From positions 743-64,742 of the forward strand of contig CAYNTF010000002.1 of assembly GCA_964400145.1 (NCBI GenBank): DNA of 64,000 nucleotides, given 5' to 3'. This document shows positions 7,593-18,722 of the stretch, in pieces. The notes below the pieces were generated by a model. The model saw nothing but the letters and a program-made list of their open reading frames with translations. It was not told the DNA's origin and searched no databases. The stretch comes from an uncultured Lachnospiraceae bacterium. GTDB taxonomy: Bacteria; Bacillota; Clostridia; Christensenellales; UBA1242. The position numbers and the translations under genes are program-made. Each line of letters starts with the position of its first letter. Position 1 is the stretch's first letter.

Positions 7593-9014
7593 TTAAAAAA
7601 CTTTTGAAATCAACTCGCGGACGCGTTGAGAATTGGCTTTTCCGCCGGTGTTCTTCATCACATAACCAACAATAAATCCAACAACTTTTTCTGGCGATTT
7701 TTGATAGTCCCCTGCAACTTTGGAATTTTCTGATTTCAATTTGTTTAAAAGTTCCAAAATTTGCTCATCAGAAATTGTCACAAGCAAATTCATTTCCTTC
7801 GCCAGCACTTGCGGGTCTTTCCCCGTTTCAATGCACTTATCCAAAAGTTGCAATCCCACAGTTTTATTTATAACTTTATCTTCCACCATTTTGATTATGG
7901 TTGACAAGTCTTTCTCGCTGATTGGAAAAGAAAACTCTTCTTGCTCTTTGACAAGTTTCATAAGGTCGACCATAATCCAGTTGCTGATTTTCTTTGGCGA
8001 ATTGAAATTTTTGACACAATTTTCAAAATAATCTGAAACATATTTTGAAGATGTCAGAATTTGTGCGTCATACTCTGGCAAACCAAACTCTTCCACATAT
8101 CTTTTTCTGCGCTCACTCGGAAGCATGACCATCGTTTCTTTGATTTTTTGCACATCTTTTGATGATATTTCAAGTGGAAGAAGGTCTGGGTCGGGAAAAT
8201 AGCGATAATCCTGCGTTTCTTCCTTACTTCTCATGGAAAAACTCTCGCCACAATCGTCGTCCCATTTGCGCGTTTCTTGGGCAATAATTCCACCCGACAT
8301 AAGCACTTCTGCTTGACGCTCTGCTTCAAAAACAATCGCCCTTTGCACGCTTTTGAAAGAATTTAGATTTTTCATTTCAGTTCGCGTGCCCATTTTGCTT
8401 TCACCTTTTCGTTTGAGCGAAAGGTTGATATCACATCGCATTCCACCCTGCTCCATTTTGCACTTTGCGATGTCTTCAAACACAAGAATTTCGCGCACTT
8501 TTTTCAAAAATTCCACCGCTTCTTCTGCGGTTGAAATGTCTGGTTCGGTTACCATTTCAATCAGTGGCGTTCCCCCGCGATTATAGTCAACCAAAGTGCC
8601 AACGCCTTTTGAAATGTGCGTGAGTTTGCCAGCATCTTCTTCCAAATGGATACGGTTCAAACGAATTATCTTGCCACTGTCCAGCGCAACTTGTCCGCCG
8701 ATATTTAACGGATGAACCAACTGACTGATTTGATATGCTTTTGACAAGTCAGGATAAAAATAATTTTTACGCTCAAAAACTGTATAGGTCGAAATCTCAC
8801 ATCCAAAAGATAACCCCGCTTTGATTGCCAACTCAACTGCATGTCTGTTCAAAATTGGTAGCGCACCCGGCATACCTGTGCAAACAGGGCAAGTGTTTGT
8901 GTTGGGCTCATCGCCAAACTCGTTCTTACATCCGCAAAAAACCTTTGTTTTGGTGTTAAGTTCGGCATGAATTTCCAGCCCAATCACCACATCAAAATCA
9001 TCTAAAACGCTCAT
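7593..9014 (-). CDS. gatB: Asp/Glu-tRNA(Asn/Gln) amidotransferase subunit B
   Basis: 473 aa. DFDVVIGLEIHAELNTKTKVFCGC...CPVCTGMPGALP, YFYPDL, C-terminal YqeY-like tail. The 4-nt overlap with gatA suggests translational coupling. Confidence 0.96.
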   Translation of the reverse strand: MSVLDDFDVVIGLEIHAELNTKTKVFCGCKNEFGDEPNTNTCPVCTGMPGALPILNRHAVELAIKAGLSFGCEISTYTVFERKNYFYPDLSKAYQISQLVHPLNIGGQVALDSGKIIRLNRIHLEEDAGKLTHISKGVGTLVDYNRGGTPLIEMVTEPDISTAEEAVEFLKKVREILVFEDIAKCKMEQGGMRCDINLSLKRKGESKMGTRTEMKNLNSFKSVQRAIVFEAERQAEVLMSGGIIAQETRKWDDDCGESFSMRSKEETQDYRYFPDPDLLPLEISSKDVQKIKETMVMLPSERRKRYVEEFGLPEYDAQILTSSKYVSDYFENCVKNFNSPKKISNWIMVDLMKLVKEQEEFSFPISEKDLSTIIKMVEDKVINKTVGLQLLDKCIETGKDPQVLAKEMNLLVTISDEQILELLNKLKSENSKVAGDYQKSPEKVVGFIVGYVMKNTGGKANSQRVRELISKVF

Positions 9015-10429
9015 AAATCTCCTCCAAACTTTTCAACTTTTTTAGCAATATCAAGCATCATCGCATCATTCTTCTCATCAGCCAAAAGTTGCACTCCTAT
9101 TGGGAGAGAATTAATTTTTCCGTATGGAACAGATATTGCAGGAATTCCAGCAATATTGGCAGGAACAGTGAACAAATCTTCGCGATACATTGCAACAGGG
9201 TCACCAATTTTTTCACCAATTTTAAACGCTGTGCCGGTGGTTGTTGGCATGATTATACAATCGCAAAATTTGAAAGCATTTGAAAATTCTCTTTTGATGA
9301 GCCTTTGAAGTTTCTTTGCCTTGTTGTAATAAGCATCAAAATATCCGCTTGAAAGAACATAATTTCCAAGCATGATTCGTCTTTTAACTTCCTTTCCAAA
9401 ACCTTCACTTCGACTTTGAACATAAAGACTTTCAAGGTCTTGCGCAGTCGCACTTTGAGTGGTATACTTAACGCCATCAAAACGCGCAAGATTGGAAGTC
9501 GCTTCGGCTGGCGCAATGATATAATAACACGCAAGAGAATTTTTGATGTGAGGTAAATCCACCGAAACAATATCAAAACTTTCGTTCAATTTGTTCAAAA
9601 AACTATAGAATTTTTCACAGCAAGGACTTTGTTTGACAATTTCCATAATTTGTTTGCATAATCCAAGTGTATACTTGCCCTTCTGCACATATGAGAAAGT
9701 GTTGTCCATGCTGGTGCTGTCGTGCTCATCTTTGCCAGCAATGATTTTAAGCACATATTCGCAGTCCTCAACCGTTCTGGCAATCGGCGCACACTGATCC
9801 AAAGAACTTGCAAAAGCAACAATTCCATAGCGCGAAACAGTGCCATATGTCGGCTTCACCCCAACAACCCCATTAAAAGCGGATGGCTGTCTGATTGACC
9901 CGCCCGTATCCGTGCCGAGTGCACACGGCACAAGCCCGCCAGCAACCGCCGTGGCACTTCCGCCACTGCTTCCACCTGCAACATATTCGAAATTGACCGC
10001 ATTGTGACAAACGCCGTAGCAAGAATTTTCACAACTTCCGCCCATAGCGAATTCGTCCATATTAGTGCGCCCCAAAATCACGCCATCTTCATCAAGCACC
10101 TTCTCCACCACAGTTGATGAGTATGGCGAAACAAAACTTTGCAAGAACTTGCTTGCACACCCCATCTTTTTGCCCTTAAACATGATGTTATCTTTGATGG
10201 CAATCGGCACACCAGCAAGCAAGCCAACTTTCTCCCCATTCGAAATTTTCTTATCAATCTCTTTTGCTCTGTCAAGTGCATCATAAAAAATTTCAACAAC
10301 AGCATTCAATTCTTTTTGTTCTTCACATCGTTTAATAAAAAACTTCACAACTTCTTCACTTGTGAATTTTCTGCTAACGATTCCATCGCGAAGGTCTTTG
10401 ATTGACAACTTTGAAAAATCACTCATCAT
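9011..10429 (-). CDS. gatA: Asp/Glu-tRNA(Asn/Gln) amidotransferase subunit A
   Basis: Amidase signature GGSSGGSATAVA and GTDTGGSIRQPSAFNGVVG. I place the start at the ATGATG overlapping the gatC stop (GAATGATGAGT; ATG at 10429) rather than the ORF-track start at 10456. Confidence 0.95.
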   Translation of the reverse strand: MMSDFSKLSIKDLRDGIVSRKFTSEEVVKFFIKRCEEQKELNAVVEIFYDALDRAKEIDKKISNGEKVGLLAGVPIAIKDNIMFKGKKMGCASKFLQSFVSPYSSTVVEKVLDEDGVILGRTNMDEFAMGGSCENSCYGVCHNAVNFEYVAGGSSGGSATAVAGGLVPCALGTDTGGSIRQPSAFNGVVGVKPTYGTVSRYGIVAFASSLDQCAPIARTVEDCEYVLKIIAGKDEHDSTSMDNTFSYVQKGKYTLGLCKQIMEIVKQSPCCEKFYSFLNKLNESFDIVSVDLPHIKNSLACYYIIAPAEATSNLARFDGVKYTTQSATAQDLESLYVQSRSEGFGKEVKRRIMLGNYVLSSGYFDAYYNKAKKLQRLIKREFSNAFKFCDCIIMPTTTGTAFKIGEKIGDPVAMYREDLFTVPANIAGIPAISVPYGKINSLPIGVQLLADEKNDAMMLDIAKKVEKFGGDL

Positions 10430-10698
10430 TCCACCACCAGTGGAGTGACAAAACATCCATCTTTTTTCTTTGGAGCATTCGCGAGAACTTCTTCTCTTGA
10501 CATGCTTGATGTCGGCTCGTCATCTCTTAAATCAGAAAGTTTGACTGACCTATCCTTATCAAAATCGCCAGGCAAGTCAAGTTTTGAAATTTCGTCAACA
10601 AACTTCAAAATATCGTCAAATTCAGATGCAAACTTTGTTTTTTCATCGTCAGAAAATTTCAATTTACTCAAATATTCCAAATGTTCAATCGTCCCCAT
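10426..10698 (-). CDS. gatC: Asp/Glu-tRNA(Asn/Gln) amidotransferase subunit C
   Basis: 90 aa, first gene of a gatC-gatA-gatB series. L..L.F.deE......d...I..fvd.l..ldl pattern. AAGGA SD upstream. Confidence 0.9.
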   Translation of the reverse strand: MGTIEHLEYLSKLKFSDDEKTKFASEFDDILKFVDEISKLDLPGDFDKDRSVKLSDLRDDEPTSSMSREEVLANAPKKKDGCFVTPLVVE

Positions 10699-11021
10699 AT
10701 TTTGTATCCTTTTTACATAAATATTTTAACACAAAAACATCGGAGCGCCAAATAAAATAGTCAAAAAATAAAATTGCCTTCACAACAAAATAAAAAAGAT
10801 TTAAAATAGTGAAAATCATTAAACAAAATTCGAAAAAAATATAAAAAATACTTATATAATTTTCTGTAAAAATTATTTATAAAAAACATTTATAAAAAAT
10901 ATTTAAAAGTTGGTAAAAATCTTTATAAAAAATGTTTTAAAAAAATCTTAAAAATATTTATTTTTTCATATATTCATTTTTTCATATTATTTGTCAATTT
11001 TTTTTAATTTTTGTTAAAAAA

Positions 11022-11045
11022 CAAAAAAACGACAAAATTTGCCGT
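11022..11045 (-). terminator. rho-independent terminator after rpoC
   Basis: Minus strand reads ACGGCAAATTTTGTCGT (6-bp stem including one G-U) followed by T7 (plus-strand A-run 11022-11028). A T-run on the plus side as well makes it bidirectional. Confidence 0.7.
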
Positions 11046-11101
11046 TTTTTTATCTTTTTTCACTAAATTTTTATAATTTAACCAAGTTTTAATTTTATGA
11101 T

Positions 11102-14100
11102 TTAGCCAACATTGACTTCTTCTTTATCAACCTTAACAGGAACGACGGTTCGATATTTTTTAAGCCCTGTTCCAGCAGGAATAAGCTTGCCGATGATGAC
11201 ATTTTCTTTGATACCGATAAGATTGTCCACTTTACCTTTAAGCGCAGCGTCCGTCAAAACTCTTGAAGTTTCTTGGAAAGAAGAAGCAGAAAGGAATGAT
11301 TCTGTTGAAAGTGACGCTTTTGTGATTCCAAGCAAAATTCTTCTTGCAATCGCAGGTCGTCCGCCAGCACGCAGAACTCTCTCGTTCTCTTCTTCGCAAC
11401 GGCTGACATCCACAACATCGCCGGTCAAAAGGTTTGTGTCACCGCTGTCTTCAATCTTAACTTTCTTCAACATTTGTCTTATGATGATTTCAATATGTTT
11501 GTCATTAACCTTAACATCTTGGCTTCTGTATACCGAAATAACTTCGGAAAGAAGATATTGTTGCAGACCTTTAAGTCCTTTTGTGACAAGCAAATCGGAA
11601 GGATTAATCGCACCGACTGTGAGTTGTGTGCCTGGTTCAACACTATCGCAGTTCTTCACTTTCAGAACTGCTGGTTTATGCACTTCATAGTCAATATCCC
11701 CTTCGCCTGTGACAACTGTGAGATAATAGTTCTTTGCATCTTCTTTGATTTTAACTTTTCCAGCAACTTCGCAAAGCAAGCATTCGCCCTTTGGTCGTCT
11801 TGCTTCAAAAATTTCTTCAACTCTAGGCAAACCTTGTGTGATGTCGGCAGCAACGGCAGCACCACCAGAGTGGAAGGTTCGAAGAGTGAGCTGTGTGCCC
11901 GGTTCACCGATGGATTGTGCAGCAATAATTCCAACTGCTTCTCCAAGTGTGACCATATCTTTTCCAGCCAAATTTCTGCCATAGCATTTTGCGCATACAC
12001 CATGCTTGCAACGGCAAGTCATAAGTGAACGAATTTGAACTTCTTTAATTCCGCTGTTTTGAACTCTTGACGCTTGTTCTTTTGAAATCATTGTGTTTGC
12101 AGGCACGATAATTTCTTTTGTTTTAGGGTCAACAATATCTTCAACCGCAACACGACCATAAATTCGTTCTTCCAACTTTTCCATAACAAACCCGTCGGAA
12201 ACAAGTTCACCGACAGTCACACCCTTGACTTTTTCGCCGTTATCAGCAAAACAATCTTCGGTTGTGATGACAACATCTTGCGCGATGTCCACAAGACGAC
12301 GCGTCAAATAACCAGAGTCGGCAGTTTTAAGCGCTGTATCCGACAAACCTTTACGCGACCCACGCGAATTGATAAAGAATTCGATTGGCGACAAACCTTG
12401 CTTAAACGCAGATTTGATTGGAGTGTCATTCTTAACACCAGATGCGGTAACCTTAATTCCAATCATACCACATTCTTGGTTCAACTGAGTTTTATCCCCA
12501 CGCGCGCCAGAAACAACCATCAAACTGAATGGGTTGAAAGTGTCCAAGTCGTTGACAATGGCATTTTGCACTTCGTTTACGGCTTGATTCCAAATGTTGA
12601 TGTTTTCATTGATTTTTTCATCAAGTGTGATAAGTCCACGGTGCAACAATTTTTCATTTTCAAGCGCCTTTTCTTCGGCTTGTTTCATGATAACTTCTTT
12701 TTCTTTTGGTGAATTGATGTCAAAAACACTCACCGAAACAGAGGCAAGAGTGGAATATTTATATCCCATTTCTTTCAAATTGTCAACAAGTTTTGCGCAC
12801 TCAGTTGTGCCAAATCTGTCATAGCAATCTGCCACAATCTTCTTCAAATCTTTCTTGAACACAACCTTGTTTACTTCCAAATCGCAAACATGTTCAGGGT
12901 CAGTTCTGTCAACATAGCCCAAATCTTGTGGAATAATGTTGTTGAACAAAATTCTTCCCACAGAAGTTGTGATGCGTTTTGCATATTTCTTTCCATCAAT
13001 TTCTTTTGTCAAGCGAACAGTGATTTCTGCTTGCAAATCCAAGTTTTTGGTTTGATATGCATAAATAACTTCGTTTTTAGACGCAAAAATTGAACCTTCA
13101 CCTTTTGCACCTGGTTTAATCAAGGTCAAATAATAGCATCCAAGCACAATATCCTGAGCAGGTGTGACGATTGGCTCGCCGTCTGAAAGTTTCAGAATGT
13201 TGTTGGAAGCAAGCATAAGTGTTCTTGCTTCGGTTCTCGCATCAATCGAAAGAGGAATATGCACAGGCATTTGGTCACCGTCGAAGTCCGCGTTAAACGC
13301 CGCGCAGACAGAAGGATGAAGTTTGATTGCCTTTCCTTCAACAAGCACAGGTTCAAACGCTTGCACTGACAAACGGTGAAGCGTTGGAGCGCGGTTCAAA
13401 AGCACAGGATGATCTTTGATGACTTCCGCAAGCACATCCCAAACGATAGGCTTTTCGCGTTCAATCATGCGTTTTGCTGTTTTGATGTTGTTAGATTGGT
13501 TCATTTCAATAAGTCTGTTTATGATGAAAGGCTTAAACAGTTCCAACGCCATTTCTTTTGGCAATCCACATTGATACATTTTAAGTTCTGGTCCAACAAC
13601 AATAACCGAACGACCAGAATAGTCAACACGCTTTCCAAGAAGGTTTTGTCTGAAACGCCCCTGTTTACCGCTGAGCATTGCTGTCAAAGATTTCAAATCT
13701 CTTTGTTTTGAACCTTGAACGGCCTTTCCGCGCTTACCATTGTCGATAAGGTTATCAACGGCTTCTTGCAACATTCTCTTTTCGTTTCTTATGATAACAT
13801 CAGGTGCGCCGAGTTCCATAAGTTTTTTCAAACGGTTGTTACGATTGATGACACGACGATACAAATCGTTCAAGTCACTTGTGGCATAGCGCCCACCATC
13901 CAATGGCACCATTGGACGAAGGTCTGGTGGAAGGACAGGAATGCAGTCAAGCACCATCCAAGTTGGCTTATTTCCACTTTTTCTGAAACTTTCAACAACA
14001 TCAAGTTTCTTGGCTGCCTTGATTTTTCTTTGTCCTTTTGAACTTTTGATTTCTTCTTTAAGGTCAGTGCTTTCTTTGTCCAAATCAACATGAGAGAGCA

Positions 14101-14635
14101 AAATTTTGATTGCCTCAGCGCCCATGCCTGCATCGAAAGAACCGTAACCGTATTTTTCAATCGCATCACGATATTCTTTGTCTGTCAAAACTTGTTTATA
14201 TTCCAAATCAGTCTTTTTAGGGTCAGTTACGATATAATTGATGTAATAAACAATCTGCTCCAAGGTTTTTGGAGTTAAATCAAGAAGAGTTCCAATGCGC
14301 GATGGCACTGAACGGAAATACCAAAGGTGTGTGACAGGTGCAGCAAGTTCAATATGCCCCATTCTCTCACGACGAACCTTACTTCTGGTCACTTCAACGC
14401 CACACTTGTCGCAAACAACGCCACGATAACGAATGCGTTTATACTTTCCGCAATGGCACTCCCAGTCTTTTTTTGGTCCAAAAATCTTTTCGCAGAAAAG
14501 CCCGTCTTTTTCTGGCTTTTGCGTGCGATAGTTTATGGTCTCTGGTTTTGTGACTTCACCATGCGACCACTCTCTGATTTTTTCTGGACTTGCAATTCCA
14601 ATCTTGATTTTTTCAAAGTTGTTAAGTTCAAACAT
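11102..14635 (-). CDS. rpoC: DNA-directed RNA polymerase subunit beta'
   Basis: 1177 aa. Zn finger [23 protein letters not shown], catalytic NADFDGDQM, trigger-loop and bridge-helix regions. GGGGAAGAG SD before the ATG at 14635. Confidence 0.98.
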   Translation of the reverse strand: MFELNNFEKIKIGIASPEKIREWSHGEVTKPETINYRTQKPEKDGLFCEKIFGPKKDWECHCGKYKRIRYRGVVCDKCGVEVTRSKVRRERMGHIELAAPVTHLWYFRSVPSRIGTLLDLTPKTLEQIVYYINYIVTDPKKTDLEYKQVLTDKEYRDAIEKYGYGSFDAGMGAEAIKILLSHVDLDKESTDLKEEIKSSKGQRKIKAAKKLDVVESFRKSGNKPTWMVLDCIPVLPPDLRPMVPLDGGRYATSDLNDLYRRVINRNNRLKKLMELGAPDVIIRNEKRMLQEAVDNLIDNGKRGKAVQGSKQRDLKSLTAMLSGKQGRFRQNLLGKRVDYSGRSVIVVGPELKMYQCGLPKEMALELFKPFIINRLIEMNQSNNIKTAKRMIEREKPIVWDVLAEVIKDHPVLLNRAPTLHRLSVQAFEPVLVEGKAIKLHPSVCAAFNADFDGDQMPVHIPLSIDARTEARTLMLASNNILKLSDGEPIVTPAQDIVLGCYYLTLIKPGAKGEGSIFASKNEVIYAYQTKNLDLQAEITVRLTKEIDGKKYAKRITTSVGRILFNNIIPQDLGYVDRTDPEHVCDLEVNKVVFKKDLKKIVADCYDRFGTTECAKLVDNLKEMGYKYSTLASVSVSVFDINSPKEKEVIMKQAEEKALENEKLLHRGLITLDEKINENINIWNQAVNEVQNAIVNDLDTFNPFSLMVVSGARGDKTQLNQECGMIGIKVTASGVKNDTPIKSAFKQGLSPIEFFINSRGSRKGLSDTALKTADSGYLTRRLVDIAQDVVITTEDCFADNGEKVKGVTVGELVSDGFVMEKLEERIYGRVAVEDIVDPKTKEIIVPANTMISKEQASRVQNSGIKEVQIRSLMTCRCKHGVCAKCYGRNLAGKDMVTLGEAVGIIAAQSIGEPGTQLTLRTFHSGGAAVAADITQGLPRVEEIFEARRPKGECLLCEVAGKVKIKEDAKNYYLTVVTGEGDIDYEVHKPAVLKVKNCDSVEPGTQLTVGAINPSDLLVTKGLKGLQQYLLSEVISVYRSQDVKVNDKHIEIIIRQMLKKVKIEDSGDTNLLTGDVVDVSRCEEENERVLRAGGRPAIARRILLGITKASLSTESFLSASSFQETSRVLTDAALKGKVDNLIGIKENVIIGKLIPAGTGLKKYRTVVPVKVDKEEVNVG

Positions 14636-14805
14636 ATCTCTTCCCCTAAAATTATTTTCTATCCAATTTTTTCTCTAATTTTTATATTTAGTATTTTTAC
14701 CTTTAAATCTATCTCACCACGAAGCAAGTGGAATTTTCGTTTGGCAAGAAGTGATGTTGCAAATTTTCACTCCAACGCCCCACGAACCCCAAGCGCAGTT
14801 TTCGC

Positions 14806-17800
14806 CTATTCGTCGAAATCTCCGAAATCATCGAACAAGTCGGCTTCTTCAAGCCCAGCAGGCATTGAACTTTCTTCTTCGATTTCTTTCTGAATTTCTG
14901 TCTTTTCATCGTCGGTGTCACTTATCATGTCATCGATGTCAAGAGTGATATTCTTCAAGTCTTTCTCAACTTCATTTTCAAGGCCAACCTTGTCCTGCTC
15001 GTCTTGTGAGAGTTCTGGCAAGTCGATTTCTTCGTCGTTTTCAGTCAAAATCTTGACATCAAGCGCAAGTGCTTGCAATTCTTTAATCAAAACTTTGAAC
15101 GACTCTGGAATTCCCGGTTCTGCAATCGGAAGTCCTTTGACGATACTTTCAAAAGTCTTAACTCTTCCCATAACATCATCCGACTTCACAGTCAACATTT
15201 CTTGAAGAACATGGCTTGCACCATACGCTTCAAGCGCCCAAACTTCCATTTCACCAAATCTTTGACCGCCGAACAATGCCTTTCCGCCAAGTGGTTGTTG
15301 AGTGATGAGTGAGTATGGTCCAATCGAACGCGCGTGAATTTTGCTGTCAACCATGTGGTTAAGTTTGAGCATATATTTCATGCCGATTGTTGTCTTGTTT
15401 TCAAATGGCTCGCCTGTTCGTCCGTCATAAAGTTGCACTTTTCCGTCTTCTGGGAAATTATTTTCTTTCAAAAGTTCCTTGATTTTTTCTGCATCTGCGC
15501 CGTCGAAGTCTGGTGTTGCAACCTTCCAACCAAGAGCACCTGCAACAAGTCCAAGGTGAACTTCCAAAATCTGTCCCAAATTCATACGCGAAGGAACGCC
15601 AAGTGGGTTCAAAACGATGTCAAGTGGACGCCCGTTTGCCATGAATGGCATATCTGCTTCTGGCATGATAATTGAAATACAACCCTTGTTGCCATAACGA
15701 CCAGCCATTTTATCGCCGACAGAGAGTTTTCTCTTTTGAGCAATGAAAACTTTGACAAGTTGGTTGACGCCCGGTTCAAGTTCGTCCTTATTTTCACGAC
15801 TGAACACTTGAACATCCACGACAACACCGCCTTTACCGTGTTGAACGCGAAGAGATGTGTCGCGAACTTCTCTTGCTTTTTCACCAAAAATTGCACGGAG
15901 CAATCTTTCTTCTGGCGAGAGTTCAGTTTCGCCTTTTGGTGTCACTTTTCCGACAAGGATGTCCCCGGCTCTAACTTCCGCACCGATGCGAATAATGCCA
16001 TTTTCATCCAAATTTTTGAGAGCATCTTCACCCAAGTTTGGAATGTCGCGAGTGATTTGCTCGTCACCAAGTTTTGTTGTTCGACATTTAAGTTCTTCAA
16101 CTTTAAGACAAATGGAAGTGAAGACATCTTCTTTCACCAATCTCTCATTGATGAGAATGGCGTCTTCATAGTTGTATCCTTCCCAATTCATATATCCGAC
16201 AAGGACATTTTTTCCAAGGGCAAGTTCGCCGTTTTCGGTGGAGTAGCCATCAATGATAACTTCACCCTTCTTAACTTTTTCACCTTTGACAACACATGGT
16301 TTTTGATTGAAACATGTTTCGTCATTGGTTTTATCAAATTTTGTCAATTTGTATATGTCAACATTGCCTTTGACATTTTTAACCCTAACTTCGTCAGCAC
16401 TGACATAAACAACTTCACCATCTTCGCGTGCAAGTTGTGTGTATCCACAATCATGAGCAACAATCGCTTCCATACCCGTTCCAACGATTGGTGCTTCTGG
16501 TCTTAGAAGTGGAACAGCCTGTCGTTGCATGTTTGCGCCCATAAGCGCACGGTTTGCTTCGTTTGAGTTCACGAAAGGAATCAACGAAGTTGCCACAGAA
16601 ATGAACTGTCTTGGAGAAGCATCAACAAAATCAACTTGTTTTGCTGGCACTTCGATGGCATAGTCTTTATGTCGGCAAACAATACGCTTGTTGATGAAAC
16701 GCCCTTCCTCGTCAAGAGGTTCTGTTGCCTGAGCGATATATGCCTCATCTTCAATGTCTGCCATGAAATATTCGCACTTATCAGAAACCTTTCCTGTTTC
16801 TTTATTCACGCGTCTGTATGGAGTTTCAATGAAACCATATTCATTGATTTTTGCATAACTTGTCAAAGTGTTAACCAAACCGATTGCCTGACCTTCTGGT
16901 GTTTCAATAGGACAAATGCGCCCATAGTTTGTGTAGTGAATATCACGAACATCGGCTTCGGCACGCTCTTTGCGGATACCGCCAGGACCAACGGCAGAAA
17001 CACGGCGTTTTTGAGTGATTCCAGAAAGCGGATTGACTTGGTCCATAAGTTGAGAAAGTTGCGAAGAAGCCACAAACTCGCGGAGTGCTCTGTTTATTGC
17101 CTTTGGATTGACAATTTGTCTTGGAGTGACTTCGGACAATTCTTTTCCTTGCAAAGTTTCTCTGACATTCGACACAAGTTTATTCACGCCCGAGCGGAAG
17201 TGGTCATAGAACAATTCGCCAACAGTTGCCACTCTTTTGTTTGAAAGGTGTTCAATCTTGTCAACACCTGTCACACCTTCCAAAACATCCAAATACATGC
17301 TTATACCAGCCAAAATGTCGTCCATAGTGAGCGTGGTGATCATCAAATCTTTTGCATGTTCTTTTATGGCGCTAAGTCTTTTCTCTTTTGTTTTGTTATC
17401 TTTGAGAAGTTGAACCAAAACAGGATAATAAACTTCTTCCAAAATTCCCAAACTCTTTTCATCGCAAGGGAATATGTCGGAAAGTTTAACGCGATTGTTG
17501 CCACGCATGAGATATTTATGGTCAGAAAGTTGAATCCAAACCTCATTCACGCCACTTGCTTTGATTTTTTGTGCAAGTTCGTGGTCGGCAACCTGTCCAG
17601 CCTTTGCCAACAACTCTCCGTCAGGAGAAACGACATCTTCCGCCAAAATGTGCCCTTCAATTCTTTTTGCGATTGAGAATTTTTTGTTGAGATTATATCT
17701 TCCAACGCGTGAAAGGTTATACCATTGTTCAGAGAAGAACCATAAATTCAAATAACTTCTTGTTGTTTCAGCCGAAGGAACATCCGCAGGACGAGTTTTG

Positions 17801-18513
17801 CGCGCAAATTCCATAAGCGCTTCTTCCTGAGTGTTGATAGTTTCTTTTTCAAGAACATTCTTAATCAATCTGTGTCCACCAAAAAGGTTGGAGATTTCGT
17901 CAGCAGAATAACCAAAGCATTTAAGGAAAAGCCCCAATGTGACTTTATGCTTACGGTCAAGGACAACTTTCAAAACTTCATTTGCGCCCTGCTCGAACTC
18001 AATATACATACCCCTTTTTGGAATGATTTGTCCGTGCAAAGTTGAATTATCTCTTGCCTTGTCTTTAAGAAGGTAGTAATTTGGAGATTTGATGATTTGA
18101 TTTACAACAACTCTTTCAACGCCATTGAAAATGAAAGAGCAGTCTTCGGTCATATATGGAATATCGCCCAAGAAAACAACATCTTCAACTGCCTGCCCTG
18201 TTTCTTCAACAACAAAACGAGTCTTGACATTCAATGGAATAGAATAAGTTGCACTGCATCTTTTGCACTCTTCTTTGGAATATTTTGGCTCTTTATCCAT
18301 GATGACATCAAGAAAATAAAGTTTTGCCTTGCCCGAATAGTCCACGACAGGAGAAAACTCATTAAGCACTTCCTTGATTCCATTTTGCATGAAATCAGCA
18401 AAAGAATTCTTTTGAATTTCAAGCAGTGGCGGAATATCGATATAATCTTTCAACTGTGAAAAAGTGTATCTTTCCGTTTTCCCAAATTTTTGTTTTTTAA
18501 TCATATTGGACAT
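14806..18513 (-). CDS. rpoB: DNA-directed RNA polymerase subunit beta
   Basis: 1235 aa. Rif-region block SQLSQLMDQVNPLSGITQKRRVSAVGPGG, GRYGNKG, LGGKALFGGQRFGEMEVWALEAYGA. Acidic C-terminal tail ending in EEADLFDDFGDFDE. AAGGAGAG SD before the ATG at 18513. Confidence 0.98.
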   Translation of the reverse strand: MSNMIKKQKFGKTERYTFSQLKDYIDIPPLLEIQKNSFADFMQNGIKEVLNEFSPVVDYSGKAKLYFLDVIMDKEPKYSKEECKRCSATYSIPLNVKTRFVVEETGQAVEDVVFLGDIPYMTEDCSFIFNGVERVVVNQIIKSPNYYLLKDKARDNSTLHGQIIPKRGMYIEFEQGANEVLKVVLDRKHKVTLGLFLKCFGYSADEISNLFGGHRLIKNVLEKETINTQEEALMEFARKTRPADVPSAETTRSYLNLWFFSEQWYNLSRVGRYNLNKKFSIAKRIEGHILAEDVVSPDGELLAKAGQVADHELAQKIKASGVNEVWIQLSDHKYLMRGNNRVKLSDIFPCDEKSLGILEEVYYPVLVQLLKDNKTKEKRLSAIKEHAKDLMITTLTMDDILAGISMYLDVLEGVTGVDKIEHLSNKRVATVGELFYDHFRSGVNKLVSNVRETLQGKELSEVTPRQIVNPKAINRALREFVASSQLSQLMDQVNPLSGITQKRRVSAVGPGGIRKERAEADVRDIHYTNYGRICPIETPEGQAIGLVNTLTSYAKINEYGFIETPYRRVNKETGKVSDKCEYFMADIEDEAYIAQATEPLDEEGRFINKRIVCRHKDYAIEVPAKQVDFVDASPRQFISVATSLIPFVNSNEANRALMGANMQRQAVPLLRPEAPIVGTGMEAIVAHDCGYTQLAREDGEVVYVSADEVRVKNVKGNVDIYKLTKFDKTNDETCFNQKPCVVKGEKVKKGEVIIDGYSTENGELALGKNVLVGYMNWEGYNYEDAILINERLVKEDVFTSICLKVEELKCRTTKLGDEQITRDIPNLGEDALKNLDENGIIRIGAEVRAGDILVGKVTPKGETELSPEERLLRAIFGEKAREVRDTSLRVQHGKGGVVVDVQVFSRENKDELEPGVNQLVKVFIAQKRKLSVGDKMAGRYGNKGCISIIMPEADMPFMANGRPLDIVLNPLGVPSRMNLGQILEVHLGLVAGALGWKVATPDFDGADAEKIKELLKENNFPEDGKVQLYDGRTGEPFENKTTIGMKYMLKLNHMVDSKIHARSIGPYSLITQQPLGGKALFGGQRFGEMEVWALEAYGASHVLQEMLTVKSDDVMGRVKTFESIVKGLPIAEPGIPESFKVLIKELQALALDVKILTENDEEIDLPELSQDEQDKVGLENEVEKDLKNITLDIDDMISDTDDEKTEIQKEIEEESSMPAGLEEADLFDDFGDFDE

Positions 18514-18531
18514 ACTTCTCTCCTTACGCGC

Positions 18532-18569
18532 AAAAAAGGAAACATCGGGAGAAAATCCCCAAGTTTCCT
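18532..18569 (-). terminator. strong terminator-like hairpin inside the rpoB 5' leader (candidate attenuator)
   Basis: Minus strand reads AGGAAAC-UU-GGGG-auuuuc-UCCC-GA(u)-GUUUCCU, about 13 bp with one bulge, followed by UUUUUU GCGCG and then the AAGGAGAG SD. It lies downstream of the consensus promoter at 18628-18656. Confidence 0.7.
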
Positions 18570-18627
18570 TTGTTTTTTAAGTTAAAATGGCATAAAATTC
18601 TTCGACATAGCGCTAATTAACCATCTC

Positions 18628-18656
18628 ATTATAGCAATTATTCACTGAAATGTCAA
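18628..18656 (-). promoter_or_regulatory. perfect consensus sigma-A promoter for rpoB-rpoC
   Basis: Minus strand reads TTGACA (18651-18656), 17-nt spacer tttcagtgaataattgc, TATAAT (18628-18633). The predicted leader is ~108 nt. Confidence 0.8.
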
Positions 18657-18722
18657 TACTTTTTTAAAAATTTTTAAAATATTTTTGCCATTTAATTATT
18701 TTTTCATACATATTTTGACGAT

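Noticed and set aside
14806-15130. The roughly 100-aa acidic C-terminal tail of RpoB ending in EEADLFDDFGDFDE, which looks like an SSB-tip or stalk-protein-like acidic/aromatic peptide.
   Set aside because: Acidic C-terminal extensions of RpoB are common in Firmicutes (B. subtilis has one). The resemblance of the tip to interaction peptides is speculative and cannot be tested here.
11112-18459. Dozens of 60-250 aa ORFs on the + strand (and off-frame on the - strand) inside rpoC and rpoB.
   Set aside because: They are antisense or off-frame shadows of two unambiguous, full-length RNA polymerase genes. None has an SD or recognisable motifs.
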